Source: Candidatus Micrarchaeota archaeon
GTDB lineage: Archaea; Micrarchaeota; Micrarchaeia; Micrarchaeales; CABMGC01
Direction of reading: 5' to 3'
Assembly (NCBI GenBank): GCA_021852055.1
Contig: JAJZOD010000010.1
Span: 50,770 to 114,769 of the forward strand
DNA length: 64,000 bases
Below are positions 30,030 to 38,284 of the stretch, in pieces. Made by a program: the position numbers and the translations under genes. Position 1 is the first letter of the stretch. Each line of letters starts with the position of its first letter. The notes beneath the pieces were generated by a model. That model was not told where the DNA came from. It searched no databases and saw only the letters and a program-made list of their open reading frames with translations.

Positions 30030-31410
30030 TTTTACCCCTGTTGAACTTGGCATGTTTCTTATCTTTAGCTAGCCCGGCAAATCTTGATCCATTAAAATCA
30101 AGGGTTGCAAAGTAGTCCTGTACTGTTTCTGCACGGCGTATCATTTTGATTGCGTCATTGTCTTTCATAAGAAGCTCTGCGCTGCGAAGCTTGCCATTGT
30201 AGTTAAATCCCATTGCATGACCATGAGCTCCTGCATTGTGTATTGCCAGTACATCACCAACATTTATCTTTGGCAGATATCTGTCTTTGGCGAATTTGTC
30301 ATTGTTCTCACACAGCGAGCCTACTACATCATACATGTGGTCTCTCGGTCGGCCCTCCTTGCCTAAAACAGTAATATGGTGGTATGCGCCGTACATTCCA
30401 GGACGCATAAGGTTTGCCATGTTTGCGTCAACACCTATGTACTCCTTATAAGTGTGCTTTTCATGTATTGCTGTAGTTATAAGATAGCCAAACGGTCCTG
30501 TCATCATTCTGCCATTTTCCATGAATATCTTTATATGACCCATTCCGTTACCTTGCAGCATTTTTTTGAATTCTTCGTGTATACCTGCAGACATGGCATC
30601 CAAATCAACGGCTTTCTGTTCCGGTCTGTAAGGTATTCCTATGCCCCCGCCAAGATTTACAAATTCGAATTTTATGTTCAGCTTTTCAGATATCTCTAAT
30701 ACAAGATCGAACAACATTCTTGCTGTTTCTATAAAAGCCCTGTAATCCAGTTCATTTGATGCAATCATAGTGTGAAGTCCAAAGCGTTTTACACCTTTGT
30801 CACGCATTATCCTGTAACCTTCGAATAGTTGTGTTTTTGTAAGGCCGTACTTAGCATCCTCAGGACTTCCTATCACGTTTCCATCAAGTGTTTTGCGCAG
30901 CTTGCCTGGATTGTACCTGAAGCATATTATTTCAGGTATTCCAGCATGCTTTTCAAGGAACTGGATATGGGTTATGTCATCGAGGTTTATTATGGCACCC
31001 AGCTGCATGGCCTTCTTAAACTCTTCTGGTGGGGTATCGTTTGAGGTAAACATGATCCTGTTGCCAGGAATGCCGAGCGCTTCGGCAATGAGCAGCTCAG
31101 GCAACGAGCTGCAGTCAACGCCATTGCCTTCTTCGACTAATATGCGCACTATGCTGGGATTTGGGCATGCCTTTACTGCAAAATGATTCCGGAAGTTTGC
31201 CCAGGAGAATGCAGCATTTAATCTTCTTGCATTTTGGCGTATGCCATCTTCATCATAAATATGGAAGGGTGTTGGATATTCTGCTATTATACTGGCGATT
31301 TGCTTCTTTGTAAAAGGCAAATCAGAGTTATGTCTTCTTAAATTTTTTACAATTTCTTGATTTATTGGGGTTTTTTCCTGTGTTTTTTGTTTCTGTTTCT
31401 TCACTTCCAC
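30022..31410 (-). CDS. lysA: PLP-dependent group IV decarboxylase, most likely diaminopimelate decarboxylase
   Basis: TPFHIYDE...FAVKACPNP (PLP-Lys), GGGIGIPY, and CENNDKF near the C-terminus. The lysine-pathway neighbourhood supports the call. GTG start preceded by AGGTG. Confidence 0.7.
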   Translation of the reverse strand: MEVKKQKQKTQEKTPINQEIVKNLRRHNSDLPFTKKQIASIIAEYPTPFHIYDEDGIRQNARRLNAAFSWANFRNHFAVKACPNPSIVRILVEEGNGVDCSSLPELLIAEALGIPGNRIMFTSNDTPPEEFKKAMQLGAIINLDDITHIQFLEKHAGIPEIICFRYNPGKLRKTLDGNVIGSPEDAKYGLTKTQLFEGYRIMRDKGVKRFGLHTMIASNELDYRAFIETARMLFDLVLEISEKLNIKFEFVNLGGGIGIPYRPEQKAVDLDAMSAGIHEEFKKMLQGNGMGHIKIFMENGRMMTGPFGYLITTAIHEKHTYKEYIGVDANMANLMRPGMYGAYHHITVLGKEGRPRDHMYDVVGSLCENNDKFAKDRYLPKINVGDVLAIHNAGAHGHAMGFNYNGKLRSAELLMKDNDAIKMIRRAETVQDYFATLDFNGSRFAGLAKDKKHAKFNRGKNG

Positions 31411-31418
31411 ACCTAAAA

Positions 31419-31646
31419 TTATACATTCTTAAGTTGTGGCGCAAAAACACATATATCTGTTTTTAAATTATCTATTTCTCCACGCAGATCACGATTATTT
31501 ATAGCAAGAATTAAAATTATATCTTTTAGTCGTTTTTTAGACATCATGTTCAAACGGGATACAGTATCCACTGGAAACAAGTCTGTCCTAGCAATATCTT
31601 TCAAATCTTCTATTATTTTTGTTTCTGGTTTTTTTTGTATTTTCAT
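31419..31646 (-). CDS. Hypothetical 75-aa protein upstream of lysA
   Basis: ORF only. It ends 8 bp before the lysA start. Charged and helical. Confidence 0.3.
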   Translation of the reverse strand: MKIQKKPETKIIEDLKDIARTDLFPVDTVSRLNMMSKKRLKDIILILAINNRDLRGEIDNLKTDICVFAPQLKNV

Positions 31647-31904
31647 TTTTGCGCCAATTTTATATTTATTTTTATATATAAATATAATTATATATAAATA
31701 TATTCGTTCAAATTTTGGGATATTTTACTAAAAAAACCCAATTAATGTAAATACTATACTGGATTTTTTTCAATTACAAATTAGATATAAAGTTTATACG
31801 AAAACTCGCTGTTTCTGCATTTAGAAATGTTATGCGTCGGATCAACAAGAATCGGGATTTCGGCTATTCGAGGAGAAATGTCTAGATATTCGATAGACAC
31901 GATT

Positions 31905-31934
31905 TTCGTAATATTAATACGAAAAATATAAATA
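31905..31934 (+). promoter_or_regulatory. TTCGTA-N7-TACGAA palindrome fused to an ATATAAATA TATA box (dapL promoter)
   Basis: Read directly: TTCGTAATATTAATACGAAAAATATAAATA. A GGAGGAG SD lies at 31963-31969 before ATG 31978. An extra TACGAAAA half-site lies at 31798-31805. Confidence 0.55.
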
Positions 31935-31977
31935 CACGTGTGCATAATATAAATTGGCTATGCGGAGGAGAAGTGCA

Positions 31978-33201
31978 ATGGCCAGAATAAATAATAATTA
32001 CGACAAGCTGAGTACAGGGTATCTATTTCCCGAGGTGGCGAGAAGAACCAAGGCATTTTCCGAGTCAAATCCCGGAGTTGATATATATAAGCTTGGCATC
32101 GGCAACACAACACTTCCTTTGACACCGAGTGTTATAGAAGGGTTAAGAAAAGGAGTAGACAAACTGGCAGACATAAAGACTTACACAGGTTATGGCGATG
32201 AGCAGGGAGACTCACGATTAAGAAAGATGATAGCTGGGCTGTACTTAAGAAAGTATAACGTAAAAATAGAGGAGAATGAGATATTTGTGAGCGACGGAGC
32301 GAAACCTGACTCTGCAAACATCCAATCAATATTTGGCAGTGACGGGAAGATTGCTGTGCAGGATCCTGCCTATCCTGTATATGTTGACAGCAACGTCATA
32401 GCAGGCAGAACCGGACCTGCAGAAGGAAGCACATACAAAGGCATAGTATACATGCCTTGCAATGAACAGAACGGCTTCTTCCCATCAGTTCCTAGAGAGA
32501 AGGTTGATCTGGTGTATATATGCAGCCCTAACAATCCGACCGGTGCTGTAGCGACAAAGGAACAGCTAAGCGATTTTGTAGACTATGCAAGAAATAATAG
32601 GGCCGTCATAATATTTGATGCGGCTTATTGGTCATACATATCCGATCCGGATCTGCCGCGCAGTATTTATGAAGTGGAAGGTGCCAGAGAGTGTGCAATA
32701 GAAATAAACAGCTTCTCTAAAAGCAGTGGATTCACAGGTGTCAGGTTGGGCTGGTCAGTAGTCCCTAAAACTCTTGTAGCTGAGGATGCATCACCCGGAA
32801 AGATAAACTCCTTATGGAACAGAAGGCAGACGACCATGTTCAACGGTGCATCAAACATAGCACAGGAAGGAGGCATAGCGGCGCTTTCCGATAAGGGCCT
32901 TGAGGAGAACCAGGCGATAATAGATTATTATATGGAGAATGCTAGAATAATCAGGGAGTGTCTGATTGAGAAAGGCTTTAAGGTATTCGGCGGCAAAAAT
33001 GCCCCTTATTTATGGGTAAAAACAAAAGACGGCATGAAGTCCTGGGACTTTTTCGACAAGATGTTAAGGGAAGCCCACGTTGTAGTAACACCTGGTTCAG
33101 GCTTCGGCCCATCAGGAGAAGGCTACTTCAGGGTAAGTGCATTTGGCGTGCGTGACAATGTAGTAAAGGCAGTGCAAAGCATACGCGACAACCTAAAATA
33201 A
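31978..33201 (+). CDS. dapL: LL-diaminopimelate aminotransferase (DapL)
   Basis: INNNYDKLSTGYLFPEVARR N-terminus and NSFSKSSGFTGVRLGW (PLP-Lys) are DapL hallmarks. The ORF begins at 31954, but ATG 31978 has the SD. Confidence 0.85.
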   Translation: MARINNNYDKLSTGYLFPEVARRTKAFSESNPGVDIYKLGIGNTTLPLTPSVIEGLRKGVDKLADIKTYTGYGDEQGDSRLRKMIAGLYLRKYNVKIEENEIFVSDGAKPDSANIQSIFGSDGKIAVQDPAYPVYVDSNVIAGRTGPAEGSTYKGIVYMPCNEQNGFFPSVPREKVDLVYICSPNNPTGAVATKEQLSDFVDYARNNRAVIIFDAAYWSYISDPDLPRSIYEVEGARECAIEINSFSKSSGFTGVRLGWSVVPKTLVAEDASPGKINSLWNRRQTTMFNGASNIAQEGGIAALSDKGLEENQAIIDYYMENARIIRECLIEKGFKVFGGKNAPYLWVKTKDGMKSWDFFDKMLREAHVVVTPGSGFGPSGEGYFRVSAFGVRDNVVKAVQSIRDNLK

Positions 33202-33506
33202 ATGCTAATTGAAGAAGGAAAAATGATTATAGATGGTGACCTAACTGTAGATGGTAATATTTATGTAAGTACTACATTAAGGACTCATGATATTTCAATA
33301 AGAGGTAAACTTATTGCAAAAAAAAATATTTGGCTTAGGGATATATAAAGGCAGAAAGTATAGGGGTATCAGGAAATGCATGGTGTTGGGGTTTAGAAGT
33401 AGATAAACAAATCAATGTAAAGGGTAGCTTAGATAATTTTACTGAAATAAAGGCACCTAAAATTTATGCTGATGACGTTAGTGCTGAATTTATATGTGTA
33501 AAGTAA
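33202..33506 (+). pseudogene. Frameshifted small beta-helix-repeat ORF (remnant)
   Basis: MLIEEGKMIIDGDLTVDGNIYVS...GKLIAKKNIWLRDI* (33202-33348) continues in another frame as KAESIGVSGNAW...KAPKIYADDVSAEFICVK* (to 33506). An A9 run precedes the shift. Confidence 0.25.
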
Positions 33507-33648
33507 ATGCCAGAAAAATAGTTGAATATGGTCTGACAAATTTAATTATTTGAAACTATAGAAATATAATTTTTATAGTTATTAAAACTAGAATTGATTA
33601 ATAGGAACATAAATTCTGTATTAGGTACAACAGGATTAGGATTATATT

Positions 33649-34698
33649 TCAGATATAATTGTTAACCTTCAAAAGCTCAGCGTTGAGTATTGTTCCTCCA
33701 GCAGCCCCGCGTATTAAATTATGACCAAGAACAGTAAATTTATAATCTAATATATTACATTTTCGTAGTCTACCTATAATAGACGCCATGCCATTCTCTG
33801 CATCAACATCAAGTTTCGGTTGAGGTCTGTTATCATTATGTAAATAAATTATAGGATTTTTAGGAGCTGATGGAAGGCATAGGTTTTTTATTGGATTGAA
33901 ATTATTAAATGCTTTTATTATGCCATCTTTATCAGTCGTGTTAGAAAGTTTTACACTGATGCTCTCCATATGCCCGTATTTCACTGCTACTCTGTTGCAT
34001 TGTGCACTTATATCAATACTTTCTGGAATTATTTTTTTATTTGATAAAGAACCAAAAATCTTGAGTGGCTCTGTTTCTATTTTTTCTTCCTCACCTTTTA
34101 TGAAGGGTAGTACATTATCGATAGCGTCAAGTGATGGTACGCCAGGATATCCGGCTCCGCTCAAAGCTTGCATAGTAGTAACCATTACCTTCTCGATACC
34201 AAAGGAATCATAAAGTGGTTTTAGTGCAAGACAAAGTTGAATAGTAGAACAATTTGGATTTGCTACTATGAAGCCTGTCCATCCTCTCCTCTCCTTTTGT
34301 ATTTTTATCATACCTAAATGGTTAGGATTTACTTCTGGTATTAGTAATGGAACATCTTCCTCCATACGATGATTCATAGCATTAGTTGAAACAGGATAGC
34401 CGAACTTTGCAAACTTCTCTTCAATTTCAAAGGCTACACTTGAGTCCAAAGCGGATAGTATAATATCGCAATCAAGTTTTGGATTACAGTCTTTTACAAC
34501 AAGATCTCTTACCGTTTCGGGAATCTCATTTCCAATACTCCATCTAGCGTCCATTACTTCGGCATATGTCTTTCCGGATGTTCGCTCAGATGCTGCTATT
34601 TCACTAATCTCAAACCAAGGGTGATTTTCAAGAAGATGAATTATCATTTGTCCTACAACACCGGTCGCACCCAAAACACCAACTTTTATTTTTTTCAT
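33649..34698 (-). CDS. asd: Aspartate-semialdehyde dehydrogenase
   Basis: VGVLGATGVVGQ NAD motif and active-site ANPNCSTI. 349 aa. Confidence 0.9.
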   Translation of the reverse strand: MKKIKVGVLGATGVVGQMIIHLLENHPWFEISEIAASERTSGKTYAEVMDARWSIGNEIPETVRDLVVKDCNPKLDCDIILSALDSSVAFEIEEKFAKFGYPVSTNAMNHRMEEDVPLLIPEVNPNHLGMIKIQKERRGWTGFIVANPNCSTIQLCLALKPLYDSFGIEKVMVTTMQALSGAGYPGVPSLDAIDNVLPFIKGEEEKIETEPLKIFGSLSNKKIIPESIDISAQCNRVAVKYGHMESISVKLSNTTDKDGIIKAFNNFNPIKNLCLPSAPKNPIIYLHNDNRPQPKLDVDAENGMASIIGRLRKCNILDYKFTVLGHNLIRGAAGGTILNAELLKVNNYI

Positions 34699-34700
34699 TT

Positions 34701-36020
34701 TTAAACACCAAAAAATGCGGTATGTAATTTTTTAACTGCTTCTCCTAATTGTTCTTCTTTAATTACAAAACTTTGATTTATCTCTGACATGCTTGAAGAT
34801 ATCATCTCTACATCTATATCAGTTAATGCTGAAAAAATTATGCCCATCACATTAGGAACATGAATCATGTCGTTTCCTACAACTGAGATTATTGTCCTGT
34901 TTTCTTTAATATCAATCTTTCCTATTTCCTTAAGATCAGATTCCGCTTTATCTATTCTTTGATTTTTCAAATTGTCTACAGTAACAGAAACATTTATTTC
35001 AGAAGTTGATACCATATCCACAGAAATGTTGTTTATATCAAAAATCTCAAAAATCCTTCTTAAGAAGCCTTTAGCTTCAAGCATTCTGGGTGTGGATATA
35101 TTTATTACTTTTATATTTTTTTTATAAGTTATAGAACTGATTCTTGACTTTTTTATTATATTGTTCGAAACTACAGTTCCTAGATTTTGGGGATTAAAGG
35201 TATTTAATATCCTTACAGGTATATTTTTTTCTATTGCAGGAAATATTGTTTTAGGATGTAAGATTTTTGCGCCCAATGAGGCTATTTCCGATGCTTCCTC
35301 AAATGATACAGAATCTAATTTTTTAGGATTTTTTACTAATTTAGGATCGGCAGTCATAATTCCATCAACATCTGTCCATATTTGAACTTCTTCAGCATTT
35401 ATTGCAGCACCTATTATTGTGGCTGTGTAATCACTACCACCTCTCCCTAAGGTTGTTATTTTACCTTTAGTATCTTTAGCTATAAATCCTGTAATAACTA
35501 ATATACTGTTTATATTTGATATGCGCTCTTTTATTTCAGGATATTTATCTTTTGAAACTTCAAATTTTGATTCTTTATTTATTATAATGCCTATGTCAAA
35601 AGCATCTTTTGCTTCTGAATCGATACCTAAACTTTTTATGTAACTGGCAACTATTCTGGCAGAAAACCTTTCACCGAAAGACACAAAATTGTCTGCTATT
35701 CCTTGATTCATTTCTTTTAATAAGGATACACCATAGGTTAGATCAGAAAGAAGTTTTACTTCTTTATCGATTATATCTTTATTTAGTTTTAAGAGCGTTA
35801 TAATTTCATAATGCTTATAAATTATTTCATTTAATAAGGCTTTCTGCTTTGTTCCTATTACTGCTTCTTTAGATAATTCTATCAATAAATCTGTCACACC
35901 CCCAATTGCGGAAACTACTATCACTGGTTTACGATTTATATTTTTTTTTATTATCTCTGCAACATTTTTTATTCTTTCTGCATTTGCTAGGGAACTGCCT
36001 CCAAACTTCATTACTAACAT
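34701..36020 (-). CDS. lysC: Aspartate kinase
   Basis: VMKFGGSSL, GRGGSDYTA, and C-terminal ACT repeats. Confidence 0.9.
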   Translation of the reverse strand: MLVMKFGGSSLANAERIKNVAEIIKKNINRKPVIVVSAIGGVTDLLIELSKEAVIGTKQKALLNEIIYKHYEIITLLKLNKDIIDKEVKLLSDLTYGVSLLKEMNQGIADNFVSFGERFSARIVASYIKSLGIDSEAKDAFDIGIIINKESKFEVSKDKYPEIKERISNINSILVITGFIAKDTKGKITTLGRGGSDYTATIIGAAINAEEVQIWTDVDGIMTADPKLVKNPKKLDSVSFEEASEIASLGAKILHPKTIFPAIEKNIPVRILNTFNPQNLGTVVSNNIIKKSRISSITYKKNIKVINISTPRMLEAKGFLRRIFEIFDINNISVDMVSTSEINVSVTVDNLKNQRIDKAESDLKEIGKIDIKENRTIISVVGNDMIHVPNVMGIIFSALTDIDVEMISSSMSEINQSFVIKEEQLGEAVKKLHTAFFGV

Positions 36021-36021
36021 T

Positions 36022-36774
36022 TTATCCCTTTATTATTGAAGAGATTACTTCTTCGAAACTGTAAAATCCTTTTTTATCATTTATCCATTTAGCTGCAAGA
36101 AGTGCGCCCTCAGCAAATCCTGCCCTGTTCCTTGCAATATGTCTTAATTCTATATTATCGGAGATACCATCAAATCCTAAAACATGCGTTCCGGGAAAAA
36201 ATCCTGCTCTAATGCTGCCAACATGTATTTCGTCGGGTTCTATCTTCCTGCCGTCTATTCTGTCAAAAACTAACTTCTTTTTTCTTTTAATGTTAGAGAG
36301 GAGTATATTTCCCAAATTTTTGGCTGTCCCACCTGGAGAATCTGTTTTTTGATTATGATGTATTTCGTATATGTAAGGATCATACATTGGAAATTTATCT
36401 ATAATAAAAGATGCGCTTCTTGCAATACTAAAAAATATATTCATCCCTATGGAAAAATTAGGACTGTATATCATTCCTGAATTATTAGCTTTGATTATTT
36501 CTCTGGCAATTTTAATATTATCATACCAACCTGTTGTTCCTACAACTAATGCTTTTTTATAACTTGCAACTTTGGTTATAGTTTCAATAATATTATCTGG
36601 AGAACTAAAATCTATTATTACATCTGCATCTTCTACTGCTTCTTTTGATAATTCTTTATGGGTTGCATTTTTTCCTTTACGATCTATTATTGAGGATATT
36701 TCAAATTTATTTGCTAAAGCCATACTCTCTACTTCATGGCCCATCTTTCCATAGCCTATCAATGTAATTTTCAT
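36022..36774 (-). CDS. dapB: 4-hydroxy-tetrahydrodipicolinate reductase
   Basis: IGYGKMG N-terminus and EIHHNQKTDSPGGTA signature. Confidence 0.9.
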   Translation of the reverse strand: MKITLIGYGKMGHEVESMALANKFEISSIIDRKGKNATHKELSKEAVEDADVIIDFSSPDNIIETITKVASYKKALVVGTTGWYDNIKIAREIIKANNSGMIYSPNFSIGMNIFFSIARSASFIIDKFPMYDPYIYEIHHNQKTDSPGGTAKNLGNILLSNIKRKKKLVFDRIDGRKIEPDEIHVGSIRAGFFPGTHVLGFDGISDNIELRHIARNRAGFAEGALLAAKWINDKKGFYSFEEVISSIIKG

Positions 36775-36786
36775 ACGCTTACCTTT

Positions 36787-37683
36787 CTAAATTATTTTTA
36801 GCTCGTTATAAAGCATCAGTGTTTTTTTAAGTTGTTCTCTGTTTGTTTGGTTCATTTCGCATAAAGGAAGTCTAAAATTACCAGAGGGCATCCCGACAAT
36901 TGACATTGCAGTTTTTATAGGTATCGGATTTGTTTCTATAAATAAATCTTTAAATAAAGGCATTAACTCAAAATGAATTTTAGAAGCTTCATTAATTTTA
37001 CCTGAATTAGCAAGCTTTACCATTTTTAAAACACGATCTGGTAGTATATTACTAGCTACAGATATTACACCCTTACCGCCAACACTCATTAATGGCAAGG
37101 TCATACTGTCATCGCCACTTAAAACTATAAAGTCTTCAGGTAGTTTTTCTAAAACCTCTATCATCTGGTTTATATTGCCTGAGGCTTCTTTGACACCAAT
37201 AATGTTATCTAACTTACTTATCTTAATTAGAGTTTCTGTAGTTATATTTGTACCTGTTCTTCCAGGTATATTGTAAATAAGTATTGGTATATTTACTGAT
37301 TCAGTTATACTTTTAAAGTGTCTATAAATCCCTTCTTGTGTTGGTTTGTTATAGTAAGGAGTAACTATTAATACTGCATCAACTCCTAGTTTCTCTGCTT
37401 TTTTAGTTTTTTCAATTGTTTTCTGCGTTGAATTAGTGCCGGTACCTACAATAACAGGAACACATCCGTTTGTTTCCTCTAACACAGTAGTTATTATTTT
37501 TTGGAATTCATCATCATTAATTGTAGGAGATTCACCTGTCGTGCCAAGTGGCAATAACCCAGAAACTTCTTTTTGAATTTGAAATTTTACATTTGATCGG
37601 AGCCCGTTGTAATCAACTTGAAGATTATTGTCAAAGGGGGTTATCATAGCAGTTATACATCCGCTTAGTTTTTTGTTAATCAT
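36787..37683 (-). CDS. dapA: 4-hydroxy-tetrahydrodipicolinate synthase
   Basis: AMITPF, GTTGESPT, YNKP, and GVKEASGN (catalytic Lys). Confidence 0.9.
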   Translation of the reverse strand: MINKKLSGCITAMITPFDNNLQVDYNGLRSNVKFQIQKEVSGLLPLGTTGESPTINDDEFQKIITTVLEETNGCVPVIVGTGTNSTQKTIEKTKKAEKLGVDAVLIVTPYYNKPTQEGIYRHFKSITESVNIPILIYNIPGRTGTNITTETLIKISKLDNIIGVKEASGNINQMIEVLEKLPEDFIVLSGDDSMTLPLMSVGGKGVISVASNILPDRVLKMVKLANSGKINEASKIHFELMPLFKDLFIETNPIPIKTAMSIVGMPSGNFRLPLCEMNQTNREQLKKTLMLYNELKII

Positions 37684-37720
37684 ATAATCACGAGCATAGC
37701 TGCATATTGGAATGTAGTTA

Positions 37721-37750
37721 TATTTATATATTTCGTAGAAACATTACGAA
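37721..37750 (-). promoter_or_regulatory. TTCGTA-N7-TACGAA palindrome fused to an ATATATAAATA TATA box (dapA operon promoter)
   Basis: The minus strand reads TTCGTAATGTTTCTACGAAATATATAAATA, 37 nt upstream of the dapA ATG. An extra half-site lies at 37752-37757. Confidence 0.55.
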
Positions 37751-37935
37751 GTTCGTAATAATGACAGAAATAGTTTAGATTAATGAGTATTCTTGAATCT
37801 ACAAATCAAATATTATATATTTGGGCGCCTACTTTGTATCAATAAGGGTTGAAAGCCAGCGGCTACACTTTCTTGACCACCACGCTTAAATACCAGAGCA
37901 TTTTAAATTAATTTAGATGATGTGATGCCCCTCCA

Positions 37936-38280
37936 ATGGCTACCAGAAATAAATACATGCAGGCAGGAGCCTGCGATGGCAGCCGTAGCTGCGTAGGCCT
38001 GTTCAGGGCCCTGCTTCTCAAGGAGTTAAACAAGAACAAGATAATTATACTTAGGCGAGCCTCCGGCACATATAAAAGCAGCGTTACATCTGCATTGCGC
38101 GAGTTGAGCAATACTTATGGAATACCGCTCTCTACACTTAAGCAGTCGGCTTGTTCTCTGAAAAACCTTGGACTTATAGAGTATGGCACTGCAGAAGAAC
38201 CAAAGGAGCTTACAATAACAAAAACAGGCATCAATGCGCTTAAGCTCATGGCAACTGAGCTTGATGAAACTGATAGTTGA
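37936..38280 (+). CDS. Putative winged-HTH DNA-binding protein
   Basis: 114 aa. IPLSTLKQSACSLKNLGLIEY resembles a recognition helix plus wing. It ends 4 bp before the trpB2 ATG. Confidence 0.4.
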   Translation: MATRNKYMQAGACDGSRSCVGLFRALLLKELNKNKIIILRRASGTYKSSVTSALRELSNTYGIPLSTLKQSACSLKNLGLIEYGTAEEPKELTITKTGINALKLMATELDETDS

Positions 38281-38284
38281 TTTT

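Noticed and set aside
31650-31950. A lysine riboswitch (L-box) or T-box-like leader in the lysA/dapL spacer.
   Set aside because: The conserved L-box helices and core could not be found. The spacer is DNA-palindrome-rich and lies upstream of the TATA boxes, which fits protein-mediated control.
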